Origin: the human T2T-CHM13v2.0 reference genome, Homo sapiens
Reading direction: 5' to 3' (one strand)
Assembly (NCBI RefSeq): GCF_009914755.1
Contig: NC_060926.1
Length of the DNA stretch: 64,000 nucleotides
Below, in pieces: positions 1-17,852 of this stretch. The notes beneath the pieces are model-generated. The model did not search any database. It had not been told where the DNA came from and worked only from the letters and a program-made list of their open reading frames with translations. The translations under genes were made by a program, and so were the position numbers. Each line of letters starts with the position of its first letter. Position 1 is the first letter of the stretch.

Positions 1-1239
1 CACAGGAATAAGACTAGCAAACCCAAGTGAAAAAATTCATTAATGTCAGGCCATTCTGTGGTTGTCTTATCTAGGCCAGACACACCCTGGTGGAGGAACG
101 GGGAGGGCTTGCCCTTGAAGCTAATGGATGCTCTCATTGTCCATCATCCTGGCAAGAATTTGATTTGACGCTGGCTATAAGGATATAAAGAGGAGAGACA
201 GAGAGTGGAAAGAAAAAAAAGTGTTCGTTTTCCCCAGAGCAGGGTATGTCTTTATCTGGCGTCCCAAGAGAGGAGTGGGATATTCCCAGTGAGTGCATTT
301 TGGGGCAGAAGGAAGGCTACCCTTTGCCAAATGTAGGCAGCCCAGGAGCCAAACAAGGAAACAGATCCTAGGGAAGAACCTGATATCGGGCAAGAGTTTT
401 GGTAATTTTCAGTTTTTATATTTCCTTCCATTAATCTCCGACTTACAGAAAAGTCTCTTTAAGATTTGCAGCCTGGTCTCAGTGATGCTGTAGAGGCTGA
501 GGGAAGAGTCTGGTACCCATTTGGGACCAAAGAGCAGAGCAGTGGGCAGTGTCCCCTCCCTTGAGACCAGGGAAGTCAAATCAGTGGTAGTAGCAGGGCA
601 ATCATATCCAGTCGAAACACGGTGAAGGTCAGTGAAGGAGGCAGTGGCTCAGAGATAAGGCAAGAGTAATCATCTCCTGGATTTCTTTCTGGACACATGC
701 AAGGCAGCACTCTGGGAAACTCTCAGAAACAGTTTGGGGGTCTCTGAGGACTGGGGCTTCAGCTCAGCCACTGGCATTTGAGGGGTTTTATCTTAGACAT
801 CAAACATGTCCTGCAAGACCCAGCATTGTGTTGGGCTCTAAGGATACAGGGATGAATTCAATATGACCTTCCCACTTAAGTGACTTTACCCTGTCTCTCC
901 AGGTGCCTGGAACCACAGGACCCTCTATAAGAAAAGGCACCCTGAGTCCTGGCTAAACAGGACCACTCATTTTCCTGTACATTGCCCATATTGCCAGGCC
1001 AATGGCTCAGGTTTAGGGACCACAGGTTTTTAAGATCTCAAAGAGAGGTTTGAGATTATCTGGCCCAAGTCTCCATTTTGGCAGATGTTGAGACATATAT
1101 ATAATACAATCTGTTGGGGAAAAGGGCATCTAGACCTGTCCTTTTTGCAAGTTGATATCAGAGCATCACCCTCACTCAGAAGCAGAGAAAAGGAGGTGAG
1201 TCCTGCAGCCATTGTAAGTTGGGGAGCGTTTGTGTTTCA

Positions 1240-1681
1240 GTGTGACCATCACGGGGTCTATGCTGAAGCCCTAACCCCCAATTCCAGAGAATGTGACTTC
1301 ATTTGGAAATAAGGTCTTTGTGGATGATTAAGTTAAGAAGAGGTCATTAGGGTGCACCATAATCCAATATGACTAGTGTCCTTATAAAAAGGGGAAATTT
1401 TGAAACAAAGAGATAGACACAGGGGGAATGTCATGTGAAGATGAAGGCAGAGATCACATGATGCAGAGGAAGGCAGGAAGTGCTAATGATTTGCAGCAAA
1501 CCACCAGAAGCTTGACAAGAGGCATGGAGCAGATGCTTCCTCACAGCCCTCAGAAGGAACCAACCCGCCAACCCCTTGATCTCAGATTTCTGGCCTCCAG
1601 AACCGCGAGACAGCAGATTTCCATGGCTTGAGCCGCCCGGTTTGTAGTACTTCATTATGGCAGCTCCAGCAAACAAATACA
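1240..1681 (+). mobile_element. MaLR solo LTR (MLT1B/C-like)
   Basis: ccctaaccccca...gaatgtgac..atttggaaataagg, gaaggaaccaaccc, and a 3' end ggcagc...aaacaaataca typical of MLT1. Confidence 0.75.
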
Positions 1682-2214
1682 GATTTATGACCTCGTCTAC
1701 CCGACGAGGATGCCTGGCCCAAGCTGGCATACTAAGAGTTTTCCTGGAACTTGGGAACTGGGACAAAGAGGGACTAAGCCAGCAAGACCGAAAAGCATGG
1801 CAGTCCCAGGACAGCCATGAAAACCATATGTGAATTAATGAGTGAGCAGATTGGAGCAGGTAAGGAGAGGAAGCAGAGATGCCATGGGAGGGAGGTCCTA
1901 AGGCCCCACAAGCCAGAGAGAGCAGCACGGTGGTTGGAGTTTTGGTTCTCTTAACCCCCAGAGGTGCCTTGTGCCTTGTCCATTTCCCTAGAGTCCTCTG
2001 CAGCCTTTAATTTGTCTGGGTTAGCCAGAGTGGATTTCCATTCCTTGCAAATCTAAGGGCATGAATGAGAGCAGCCAAGAAGAATATGTAGAAAAATGTT
2101 AGTATTGGATATTTCCAGATGGTGGTTCTTATTTCATTCCCAAGGGTTATCAAAGTTTCTAATTTTCCTACAGAGAACCCCTATAATGTGTTTAATATCT
2201 TAAGCTAACTAGAT

Positions 2215-3062
<848 letters not shown>

Positions 3063-3124
3063 TGTAGCTGGGAGAAGAAAGTGGGAAGGCCACCCACAGT
3101 TTGTGAGGAGTTTGATTTGATTTT

Positions 3125-3605
3125 TGGGCTAAGTATCTATTGGAATATAACAAAACTTAAAACACAGTGGCTTAAAACAACAGCAAACATTGATTCCCTC
3201 ACAGTTTCAGTGGCTCAGGGACACTCATGAGATTGTAATCAAGATGGTCGCCACATACTGTATTCATCTAAAGCCTCTTAACCAGGGCTGGAGGACCCTC
3301 TTCCAAGGTGGCTCACATACTCACAAGGCTGGCAAGTGGGTGCTGGCTGCTGGCAGGACGCTGTGTTCCTCAACACATGGCTGTCTCCATGGGGTCTTCA
3401 TGACATGGGGAATAGCTTCCTCCCTAGTGAGTGATCCAAGAGACAAAGCAGAAGCCTCCATTTTTTATGACTCCACACATAATATTTCATAGTATTTTAT
3501 TGCTTGCACAGGTCAGCCTTATTCCGTGTGGGAGGGGACTAAACAAGAATCTGAATACCAAGCAGCAAACAATACTGGGGGCCCTTTTGGAAACTGGCTA
3601 TCACA
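3125..3605 (-). mobile_element. Old MaLR LTR (MLT1F/G/H-like)
   Basis: agtggcttaaaacaac...ctcacagttt motif and terminal ggctatcaca. Confidence 0.55.
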
Positions 3606-4391
3606 GCTATTCTATTTAAATGAGAATTTCCAATATATCAAAAGACAGACGATTTGCCAAGTTCAACTGCATCCCCCTTTGTAGTGTTTATCTAAAAAAA
3701 CAAACAAATTCAGGAACATAACAATTCTCTAATTTTGACTTCCAAAGGACCTAGTCTTAAGTAATCCATCTTTTATCTGTAAATCATCTCCTGAAATATT
3801 ATTTGCCTCCAGAATGAAATAATCTTGCTAAAATTATTTGGTAATAAACAGCAAGCACCAACTTTAGCTGTCTTGGACACAAATGAAGGGAATCTGGGGG
3901 AAAGATTCTGTGGTGTCTCACAGAAACCTTGGAAGGACCAGATTACTAAGCCTCAACAAGGACAGGGAACAGGGTGGTTTTGGAGACTTCGGTTCCTGCA
4001 GGACAAGGCTCTTCTCTAGGAGTTGCCACCACTGTGACTCAGCTCCCACACCCCAGGCCCTCTCTTTTCAGAATGGCCAGATTCCTGTGCAATCTGATGG
4101 GCTTCAATTAGGTCAGGGGTGCTCCAGCCCCACATAGACTCATCACCTACAGACAGGGGAGTAAGGGACACAAACTCCACTACTAAGGTCCCCTTGAGTA
4201 TTGTATTAAAGAAGTTCCACAAGATGAGTGAGTCTTTGGGAGCTGAGTAGCCACCCCAAGATATACTTTCTATAAAATGCAAAGATATATTGTACTCACA
4301 TGGTCACTACTGAAATTTTATTGTGAGCCTGATTTTTTGATATGAGTATATGCATGTTTGAATGTGTTTTTATGTAAAACCATTTCATTAT

Positions 4392-4788
4392 TGCTATGAT
4401 TTGAATGTGTCCCCCAAAGTTGGTGTTTTGGAAACTTACTCACCAAGGCAAAAGTGTTGGGAGGCACGGCCTAATAAGAGGTGATTAGATCAGGAGGCTC
4501 TGCCCTCAAGAATGGATTAAAATCATTATTGCAGAAGTGGTTAGTTGTCTCCAGGGTGGGATAGTTATAAAAGCAATCCAGCCCCCTCTTGCTGTCTTGC
4601 TCTGGAGAGGTTTCTCACCATGTGATGCCCTCTGCCAGGTTACGACACAGCAAGAAGGCCCTCGCCAGATGCATCTCCTCCATGTTGGACTTCCCAGCCT
4701 CCAGATCCCTGAGCCAGATAAATTTCTATGGTTTACAAATTACCTAGTCTGTGGTAGTCTGTTACAGCAATACAAATGGACTAAGACA
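4392..4788 (+). mobile_element. MST-type MaLR solo LTR with intact TSD
   Basis: TGCTATGATTTGAATGTGTCCCC...GGACTAAGACA termini; 5-bp TSD ATTAT at 4387-4391 and 4789-4793. Confidence 0.85.
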
Positions 4789-7347
4789 ATTATCATATCT
4801 AACAAAACAAAAATTCTTTCAAATCATCATGTATCCATTCAAATTCAAAATTTCTTGATTGTGTCGAAGTAAGGTTTTTTTAAACATTAATTTAGTTTGA
4901 TTCACATTTCAATTTTTAGTCTAGCACAGGATCACCCACGAGGGAGCATTTTGAAAAAGTGTGGAGTGTTTTTGGTTGCCCCAATGATGGGTAAGGGGCT
5001 TACTTCTGGCAAGTAGAGGCTGGGACCCCAGGCAGCTCAATCTTTTACTATCTGTGAGACAATCTCACCATCTCATATATACTTACCCTATGCTCCACAC
5101 AATTTTCAAATGTTCTACTAGATATTTACAGAGTTGTTTATAACTTGCTTATAACTATCTGAGCTTTAAAAAGTAACAATTTTATATGTAAACAGAGAGA
5201 CTTTTTAAAAATGATTTTTAATATGCACTAACTGTATGCTAAGAATGAAACTACTCTGTAAATTAAGGGAAGATTAGAGTTTGTGTTGTTAATTTCTTTA
5301 CCAGATTTGCTCACTCTTTTGGAAAATCACATCATTGACTGCCACACCACTCATGGTAATTGAGTCTCCAATATGCCTGTATTAGTTTTCATTCATAGCT
5401 GTCATAACTGTGGTGTTTTGCTTTTAGGAAATAGTGCCTGTCTTATCATGTATCCCGCATAGTCCTCTCTGAGTTGTTGGCTATTGAAATACACCCCTAT
5501 GTGTGATTCCTTAGCTTCTTCCTACTCTAAGTGTTGCTCAGTCCTTCTCATCATGCCTGAACCAGATACTGTGGTCTCCAGCTGTCTTTCTCTTAGAATA
5601 ATGTCCCAGCATTTAGGTTTGGTTGGGGACGGGAGCAAGGGGTGGGCATGAATTTCCTGAGCTTCCCTGGCATTTGCAGGGAGACAGCAAGGGAATACCT
5701 CTGTGGGTCACAACAGAGGGAGAGCCAGCTGAGCTTGCAGGATGGAAACATTTAGTAGGCTCCCTCCAGCCATCACTGTCTCCACTACTGCTGACGCCAC
5801 CATCCATAACAAAGCTTCCAATTTGCAGGCTTCAGATTCAGCTTCTGTTTCCTGAGTGCCTCCACTATACCAGCCATTGGGCCAGGCATCCAGAAGCCCT
5901 AAGGTAGACCTCATCATCCCTGTTCTACAGGAGAGGAAAACCAAGACTTGGCTACTACAGTATACAAAGGGTGTGGAAAAGTCCTCCTAGAACCCTTACC
6001 CTGCTTCCAGGAGGAGCTGGACAGTTCTTTCCAAGTCCAGGCAGAAAGAAGTCTCCTCTTTTTCCATTCTCTTTGTTACTTTATATGTCTGTGCAGGCTT
6101 GGTTGAGGAAGAAGGGGGGCCAGAAGGAAGTCTGGCCAGATGGCAGGGTAATAAATGACTCTGACTTAATAATTTGTTGCTCTCCTCTTAATTAAAAGGC
6201 TTTTCCCTAAATGATTTGCTGATCACACAAACAGCACACACTAGTTGGGCGAGGACTGGGGGCCCAGGGAAATCTAGACTGAGAGGAGAAGGCATTGGAA
6301 TAAAGAGGTGGCAGATGGCAGAAGAAGCCCACCCTCCATGTCCCAGGGTGGGCCCAGCTTCAGGAGCTCCCTCCTCCTCAGGTCTGAAACAATTCAATCC
6401 AATGATAGAGCTTTGGGGGACTGGTTCTTCTTTCAGGCCTCAGCTTTTCTGGAAGCTGACTTTGCCAGGGGGCTTTTTAATTTCTGGGATGAAGATATAA
6501 GCTTTATTTTATCTAACACGTGGCTTTGCATTCAGTTTCCTCAAAGCCCCATGTGGCCTTGGGGGGTGATCAGGTAGCCTTTGGACCATTTTGCATATAA
6601 ACTGTCACTTATACACTTGATCAACTGGGGTGGTGGTCATAGAGGGGGACAGGGCACCCATTGTTCCAAGCAGCGTCCTGTCAATATCTGCAGTTGCAAG
6701 CAAATGACACTAGATAGTGTCAATGGATAAGCTCTCTATTGCATCTTTACAACTGCAATTTATAAGTTCCTGGGATTAAAATCTGCTTTCCAGCAATTAT
6801 CACACAGAGGTATATTTTCAAAGCCTCACATGTAATTAGAACATGTTATTGATAAAGTGCTAGCTAAAGATTTAGACTTTGAGTCTGTTCATGAGGGATC
6901 AGTTTTGTTAATATTGATAATGTTTTCCCCCTTTAATGCAGTTAGGAGTTAGATTGAGATGCCAAATTCAATCAAAATGCACATCTTATCCCCCGCCAAG
7001 GGACTTCTGGCTCTCTTTTACTTGTTCAGACTTGTAGAAAGGACCCCAGAGATCGTGTCATATAGGAAAACATCCTGCCAATCTATAACTCTATGTTAAA
7101 GAATAAACTCTTTTACACATTATTTTGGTTAACTAGATTTTTCTCAGCATTTGTGCTTCCATCAGATTGGATCATCCTTGCCATAACCACCATCTTCCTA
7201 TTATTGCTGGATTCCAAATTTCTACTTAGCCAGTTCAGACACCACTTCATCCGCTTAACCTTCCTGATTCTGTATTCCCTGTGTCTCCATCATCAGAGCT
7301 CCTCACTAAACCCCCAAGGCCATTTATCTGTGATTGATTGATTGATT

Positions 7348-7510
7348 TCTTTTTAGAGACGGAGTCTCACTATGTTTCCCAGGCTAGAGCACAGTGTCTA
7401 TTCACAGGCATAATCATAGCCCACTAAGGCCTTGAATTCCTGGGCTCAAGCAACCCTCTTGACTCAGCCTCCTAAGCAGCTGGGACTACAGGCACACACC
7501 ACTGCACTGA
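7348..7510 (-). mobile_element. FAM (fossil Alu monomer)
   Basis: Monomer carrying the 7SL-derived GCCTGTGAATAG segment (tattcacaggc on +), which dimeric Alu arms lack. Confidence 0.75.
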
Positions 7511-7759
7511 TCTTATCCACAATTCTTTTTTTATTATATTTTCCACACAGGTATTCTCTCTTCTCCTAGTCTTTAAGTTCCTTGAGACAAACTTTCTTTT
7601 TAGTGTTTGTATTTCATCTGTTGGCAACAGTATCTTGCACACAAATCATAAAGACCAAGTTGAAGAGGCTTCTTACTTTGTTTCATCAGTCTGCTAATAT
7701 GTTATCAATATCACACTAGTTTTATTATTGTAGCTTTGTAGTATATTTTAAACATTAAT

Positions 7760-7925
7760 AGAATAATAACTTACATTTATTGATTACTTAATGTATTCCA
7801 GGCAATGAGCTAAGTGCTTTACATGATCTCAGGTAATCCTAACAGGAAGTCTATGGGATAGGTACAATTATTTCCATATTACAGATGGAAAAAACAAAAT
7901 TTAAAGAGATGAATTTACTCCAAGA
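7760..7925 (-). mobile_element. MIR SINE
   Basis: ctaagtgctttacatg...ttacagatggaaaaac MIR core. Confidence 0.6.
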
Positions 7926-8461
7926 CAAATGCAAAAAGTGCAGAACAGTGTATATAGCACACTGCCATCTGTATGAAAGGGAAGATAAATAAATGTTTTT
8001 ACTTAAATGTGCATAGAATATATCCAGAAAAATATGCAAGAAATTGATTATGTAATTGAAATATAATAATTATATCCATGATTATTATAAGTCAATTAAA
8101 AATAAACAATTTTTTAAAAAAAGAAATGGATGACATTGGCTGCCTGCTGGGAAGGGAATGGGATGCGGGAGTTAAGAATGGAAGAAGAGCAGAATCAAGT
8201 TTTGGGTGTGCTGAAGCTCATACAATTTGGGGGGAGCACTTTTACCAAAAAAATACAAAATTAGATACAGAGCCTTAGAAGGGATATATGCCAATGAGGA
8301 TCTCTGATGCCATAGGTTACTTTTTAAATCTGCCCTCAGCAGAAAGGAGACATTCCACTATATATACTTTTGTATATATTAAATATATGGAGCTTTAATC
8401 ATGTAAATGCATTGTCTATTCAAAAAGATACAGTTTTTAAAAAATTTATATTTTTTGTTTT

Positions 8462-8836
<375 letters not shown>

Positions 8837-10231
8837 TCATTTTTTCCAGAAGCAGAGGTGTCTGTGCCTATAGCAAGCTGGAGGGGGTGCGGAGGAGGAA
8901 TTCCAGAGTTGCCTGTTTTACGGAGGCAGGGTAGAGGGACGTGGGGATTTACCTTCGTAATTCAGAGTAGAGATTTGTGTCAAATGTAAAAGGCATATAC
9001 TGTCGTAACATGGAAAAATGAAAAAAATTAAAAATAAAAGGCATATACTGCACATGTATACATGTAGGGATAAGAAAAAGAGACCCTGCTTTTTCAGAAA
9101 CGTACAAGAGAAAATTAAGGTAAAAACTCAAATAATATTGCACTGATTGTTAAAAGGGAGCTAATTTCCTGGAAACCAGTGCTGAGGACCAAGGATGTGA
9201 GCAGACGGGATGCTAATGCTCTTTCCCAAATGGCTCTGATGGCCCGTGGTTTTCTATTATTGCATCTAGGAGTAGCAGGTCCCTTACTGTAAAGTATCTA
9301 GAAATCAGTCAGGCTCTTAACCACTCAATTAGGGTAATTTATCCTTGCGATGAATGGGACCGTTCCTTCTCCCTGATTTAGTCTGGGCTGTGCCTCCATC
9401 GAATGCAGATATAAATAGGTCTGTTTGGGGCAGAAAGCCAGCCTTGTATCCTCCCCACCCTGAGGTCTGAACCCGCAGCTTGTAGCCTGGCTCTGTGCAA
9501 GGGGCTGATTGTAAGTCCTCCAAGTCAACAGGAACACAAAATAGCTAGCAGCCCCTCCATTTATCTTTCCCCCATGGACAGAACAAATTTGCAGAGAATT
9601 TGGACAGAATTTGCAGATAATTTGGAGCAAACATTAAAAAGAATAATCTGACAATAAGAAATGTGAAATGCTGGAGAAAGGGAAGGAAGGAATTGCCTTT
9701 TGCCCAGATCCACAGGAATCCCACACTTTGGATGGTTATTTTGGTGCCATCTTAGTTACAGTAGAGACAGGATGCAGGCCTCAAAGCCTTCCTTTCCCCT
9801 ACTCAGGAAATTCCTTAAGAACTGATTGGCCTTTTGTTTGTGTGTGTGCTATTTTATTTCAGTCAGGGGTAGACCCCTCTTTCTTTTTCTATTGAAGACC
9901 ACTCAGCTAGAAAAGAGGAAGGCAATTGGTGGCCATATAAGAAAACATCAAATCAGCGTGAGGAAAGGCTAGAGGAGGGAAATATGAAATGTTTCACTTG
10001 TACCCTTTGAGAACTGAAAACCAGGAGCAATTTAACACATACGGCAAACTGGGCGAAATAAGCTTTAGCTCCATGCTATGGGCAGCTGGATGTGGGGTTA
10101 GAGGAGCACAGAAAAAAAAAAAAAGAGAGAGAGAGAGAGAAAGAGAAAGATAAAAAGTAAATAGATATAATTTACTATAATAAAATGAAAAAGAATGACA
10201 CAAAGAGACAAAGCATACACATGTAGAATTA

Positions 10232-10597
<366 letters not shown>

Positions 10598-10604
10598 CTA
10601 TCTA

Positions 10605-10637
10605 TTCGCCCCCTTGTGGTCCTCAGGGACATTGCAG
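10605..10637 (-). promoter_or_regulatory. Predicted CTCF site (core plus upstream motif)
   Basis: The minus strand reads CTGCAATGTCCCTGAGGACCACAAGGGGGCGAA. Confidence 0.6.
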
Positions 10638-10960
10638 ACAGCCAATTCTAATCCAACCTTAACATTTAACATCTGTAGACAAAAATGCACTTTGAACACT
10701 TAGGCAATTTCCAGTGTGGTGGATACAATTATATATATTAAGAGTAGACTACTGATCAAAGGCTTATGGTGCTCCACTTGCTGGAGCTACAGAGTGGCCT
10801 GCTGGATGAGTAGAAGAAACTAGGATGCCTGAGATCAAGTTTGGGCTCCAGCGTTCTCTATATCCTTGCACAAGCTACTTGGCTTCCCTTTGCCTTCATT
10901 CTCCCTTAATAATCATGAAAGAACATAATTTTTCCAATCTATGTCTCTGTAAAGAAGCTA

Positions 10961-11308
<348 letters not shown>

Positions 11309-11314
11309 GTTTAG

Positions 11315-11652
<338 letters not shown>

Positions 11653-11799
11653 GAACTTGAATTTCTAAGCCAACTTCATGTCTATTGTGGCCAACAGGGG
11701 GTGAGCAGTAGAGCCCTGCACGTGCATGTGCATCACTTTATGTGCCACATCACTTTATGTGCATGTGCTAGACTCAGACATTCAGGCTTTGTGAGATAG

Positions 11800-12995
<1,196 letters not shown>

Positions 12996-14231
12996 TTAGC
13001 AAAGGACAGACAAAGCCATCCCAGCAGAAAATGTGCCAGGTTTGAGAGAGAGGCTTGTGAACTAATCACAGCCACCAAGACCAGTTAGAGAAATTAAGAC
13101 ACTAGGAGAACCCTCATACCAAGCCATGGAATGCGTGGTGTAAAGAAATTACACGAAGATTCTGTCTTCATAAGACATTTAGAGTCGAGGGAGAAGGAGG
13201 GCTAGAGGAAGGCAGACAAGAGGAGGAAGAAAAACGGAACTGTCAGACTCCAAGCAATTAAGTCCATCAGAACGGAACAACCGTTAAGGAAGGTGAATTT
13301 CTTGGCTTATAAACCTTTACATTACTCCTCTGTGCTTTGGATATGCAAATGTCTTTGCCAACTGGCAGCATCTGAGAGGGAATAGCTTCCTTTTCCACCC
13401 AAAGCATTGCATCTGCTCCTGAATCTCATCACAGCACTCTAGGTGTAATTAACCTGAGCGATGACATGCCCTAGGGGTGGCTGTCAAAAAAGCTCTCCCC
13501 AAAGGGCTGTCAAGTGCTCTCTAGGGAATCCTTGCTGAGGGAAGAGGGAAGCCCTGTACTTACATCACTATCAGGTAAGCTCCACAGAGAGGGACTTGAA
13601 ACTACTTTAGGTGCCCAGACATACACTGTCAGGCAAGGGCAAGCATGCAATCACTATCTGTATATTTAATTAGCATCTAGAAAGAGCCCTACTAGGGGAC
13701 TGAGGTGCCTCATTCCAGCCTGGCCTGTGCCAGGTCTATGACATCAGGCATAGCTAACTTCTCTATGCTTCCATTTCTTTAGTTCTAAAGAGAGATTAAT
13801 GCTCTCTAAGGTCCTTTCTAAATCTCACTTTATGGGTTAAGGAAAGAAAATGAGACAGATTCTCTTGAAATGTATTCGTAGCGCTGCTATTAAACTTTGA
13901 GGACCCTAGAGTACACAAGGTGGATAATTAAGAGTTATAGACTGGAAAGAATATGTCTTAGATGCAACTCTTGTCCTCAAGGGACCATAAATCCAAGATA
14001 ACCTAGAGATGATGTTGTGGAATCCTAAGGGACTTTGGTTGAACCTGAGAATGACAAATTCACATAATTTGGATCCTTTTGTAAATGTTGCCTTTTGCAC
14101 CTGTATTTTACAGTAAATTTTCAGCTTATTGAGAGTTCAGCATATTTCAGGGGAGGATGAAAAGAAGGAAGGAAAATGGAGGGAGGGATGATAAAACTCC
14201 TTTGACTTGAGAGTTAGAAGTCAGGGTTCTT

Positions 14232-14579
<348 letters not shown>

Positions 14580-15127
14580 TTAATTAGAGTCTCCCCACTC
14601 CAAAAATAAAAATAAAGAGTTCACTGGAAGGCTAAGGGCAGTTCACAGAATAGCAAAATCAAAATCAAGGCTCAGGAATAACAGGGTCAGGGTGACTCTC
14701 GAAGCTGGGTGACAGGAACTAAGGAACAGGCTCCATTCAAAGCCACTGCTGGGCTATATCGGTTCAGTTGTCTTTTTCTCATTGTATCATATCCTTGCAG
14801 ATTAAGTTCCCAGAAGGAGGGGGTCTGGTGTTTTCCCTCGTATCTTGCATCCACTGACTTCCCCGAGGATGAGGCCCCCTGATTAACACTCTTCCAAGTC
14901 TGCATGAATTGGGGAGGGATGATTACTCCAGAGAGATGGGAAATCAATTTCTTCCACCTGAGGAAGTAGCTTTGGCAAAATCGAAGTATTCTTCTGGGGA
15001 AGCAGCAAGACTGCCACTTGGCCGGGGCACCCCGCTGGGGGCTGGCAATGCTCTGCTTGCAGTGGGTCCTGGAGCCAGGCTCCTTTCCTGGGAGAAAGGG
15101 GTGTGTTTTTACAACACACAAAGGTGC

Positions 15128-15500
15128 TGCTATGGACTGAACTGTGTCCTCCCGAGATTCACATATTGAAGGCCTAACCCCTACTGTGACCATATTTGGA
15201 GACAAGACCTGCAAGGAGGGAATGACGGTTCAGTGAGGTCCTAAGGGCAAGACTCTGATATGACAGGATCAGCGTCCTAAGAAGGGACACAAGAGGGGGC
15301 TGTGCTCTCTCCCTCTCCACTGCATAAGGACATAGAGAGGAAGAGGGTCCTCACCAGAAATCAATGGCTGGCACCTCGATCTTGGACTTTGCAGCCTCCT
15401 GAATTGTGAGAAGATAAATTTCTGTTGTTTAAGCCACCCGGTCTATAGTGGTGTTTTTTTTTTTTTGTTTTTTTTTTTGTAGCCTGAGCAGACTAACACA
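15128..15500 (+). mobile_element. MLT1A-type solo LTR with intact TSD
   Basis: TGCTATGGACTGAACTGTGTCC...GACTAACACA termini; 5-bp TSD GGTGC on both sides. Confidence 0.85.
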
Positions 15501-15667
15501 GGTGCCATATGGACTGGCAGCCGATCTGGCCTCTATTCCCTCACCTATGAAACCAGATGGTCTCTAAAGCTCCTTCTAGCTTTAAAATGCAATGTGTCAA
15601 TATATCCATGAATCATCTATCAATGCATATTTGCTTGCTGCTCAACTAAGTCCTGAGCTACAAATAA

Positions 15668-15806
15668 TAGGAGGCTGTCGAGTAAAATACAGTATGCCCA
15701 GTTACATTTGAATTTCAGATATGTTTAAATCCATTTTTAGTGTAAGTATGTCCCACACAATATTTGGGACAAATATTTGAGACATTTGTTAAATCTGGCT
15801 GTTCTA
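15668..15806. mobile_element. MER53-like palindromic DNA-transposon remnant (one arm mostly deleted)
   Basis: taaaatacagtatgcccagttacatttgaatttcagata...taagtatgtccca matches the recalled MER53 arm. Confidence 0.6.
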
Positions 15807-16454
15807 GTTATTTGTCTTCTGTTCTCCAAATACTGTAACCTTTTGGAGGGAGAAAAACTGGACCTTACTCATCTTTGGATTCCCTTATGGTGGTGTCTGC
15901 CAGCTTTTTGGATTTCACTGACTAAACATTATTGGATTAAGTTTTGGAAGAAAAAACAAATTTTTATTTTGCCCAATAAAGGTATTTATAATAATCATCA
16001 CTTTACTAAAGAAAAACCAGTTAAACTTTAAAACCTATTAAATAGACTCTCAGGATTTTATAATTAATTGTAAAAATTTAGTTTTACAACATATTCATTA
16101 CATTATCCTTTTGTTTGCTTGTTTCTGAGGCAACCAGGTGATGCTCTGAACCATTTTGGCACTGCTCAGGTGACCAGTGTTTGGGAGCTTCAGCTGTGCT
16201 GTGTTTGGTTGAAGGTCTTATATGACTTCTGGACATTTTTGCTTATCTGCTAGGAAGCTCAAAGTCAAATTGCAGCTTGACCGCTACAGCTGTCTTCTCC
16301 TCTCCTTTCACTCCTTGTTTCCTGTGTTTTCTTCCAGGCCTTTAAACTTTTTTTACTAAATGAAGTTTCATTATAATCTACCTTAAGAACTGGTGAAATA
16401 CAGTTTTTTAAAAAGCCTTGCATACAGTAAGACCTCAGTAAACGATGCTACTGA

Positions 16455-16834
<380 letters not shown>

Positions 16835-17532
16835 TCAAAGGCATATTTTAATTTCCTATTCTTAGAATTTTAGAATGTTAGAGCTAGAAAGGTAATCACA
16901 TCTTCTAACTCAATTCCAGACTTACTGAATTGGAATTTCTGGGGTAAGATCTGTGAATCTATAAGAATTCTAGTATCTAACATGAGGATCCACTGGTCCA
17001 CAGGCCCTCTTAGCATATGTCAAAGCAGGGTATCATTTTACAGGTGAGACGACTGAGGCCCAGGAAAGCGAAGTGATGGTCATATGAATCGGTGACAGAC
17101 ATGAGTCAAGTGCACGGCACCCAGCTTTCTTAGTAAATTAACTGACTGTTGGGAGACAGGAAGGGCAGGGACAGGTGTTCATTAACTAGTTTCTGTTCAC
17201 ACTATACAGTAGGAAATGAGCGCTAGGTATAGAGAAACGGACGATATAAGAGATTTACCTCAAATAATAACAACATCCCTCTCTTACCTGTTCTGGGATT
17301 TCACAGTTCACTAAGCACTTCCCCTCATAATACCTTGCTTTGATTCTAATAACAAGATTTACCAAGGTGGTATTGTTTTCTACATTTACTTTACAGATGA
17401 GAAAATGGAGGCACAATCACTGGGTATGTCAGGTCAATAAAAGGGGTAGAGCTGAGATTTGAATACTTTCTACTACTAAACCTCACACAGATCCCCTAAG
17501 ACAGGCAATGTCTTTGTCATTTAAGACAAATG

Positions 17533-17812
17533 GGCTGGGCGCAGTGGCTCACACCTGTAATCCCAGCACTTTGGGAGGCTGAGGCAGGTGGATCACTTGA
17601 GGTCAGGAGTTTGAGACCAGCCTGGCCAACATGGTAAAACTCTGTCTCTACTAAAATTACTAAAATCAGCCAGGCATGGCGGCATGCACCCATAATCCCA
17701 GCTATTTGGGAGGCTGAGGCAGGAGAATCATTTGAACCCAGGAGTCAGAGGCTGAAGTGAGCCAAGATTACACCACCACACTCAGTCTAGGCAACAGAGT
17801 GAGACTCTGTCT

Positions 17813-17850
<38 letters not shown>
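17533..17850 (+). mobile_element. Alu with uninterrupted A37 tail
   Basis: Dimeric Alu; A-run 17814-17850. Confidence 0.93.

Positions 17851-17852
<2 letters not shown>

Noticed and set aside
1431-1928. 165-aa ORF (and the 175-aa ORF at 14687-15214)
   Set aside because: They overlap MaLR LTRs, lack domain similarity and have no supporting splice structure.
4925-5420. Possible old hAT-type DNA transposon (similar patch at ~32775-32930) and L1M-like AT-rich patches (24700-25800, 47800-49250)
   Set aside because: Too diverged to name or bound by eye; needs RepeatMasker.
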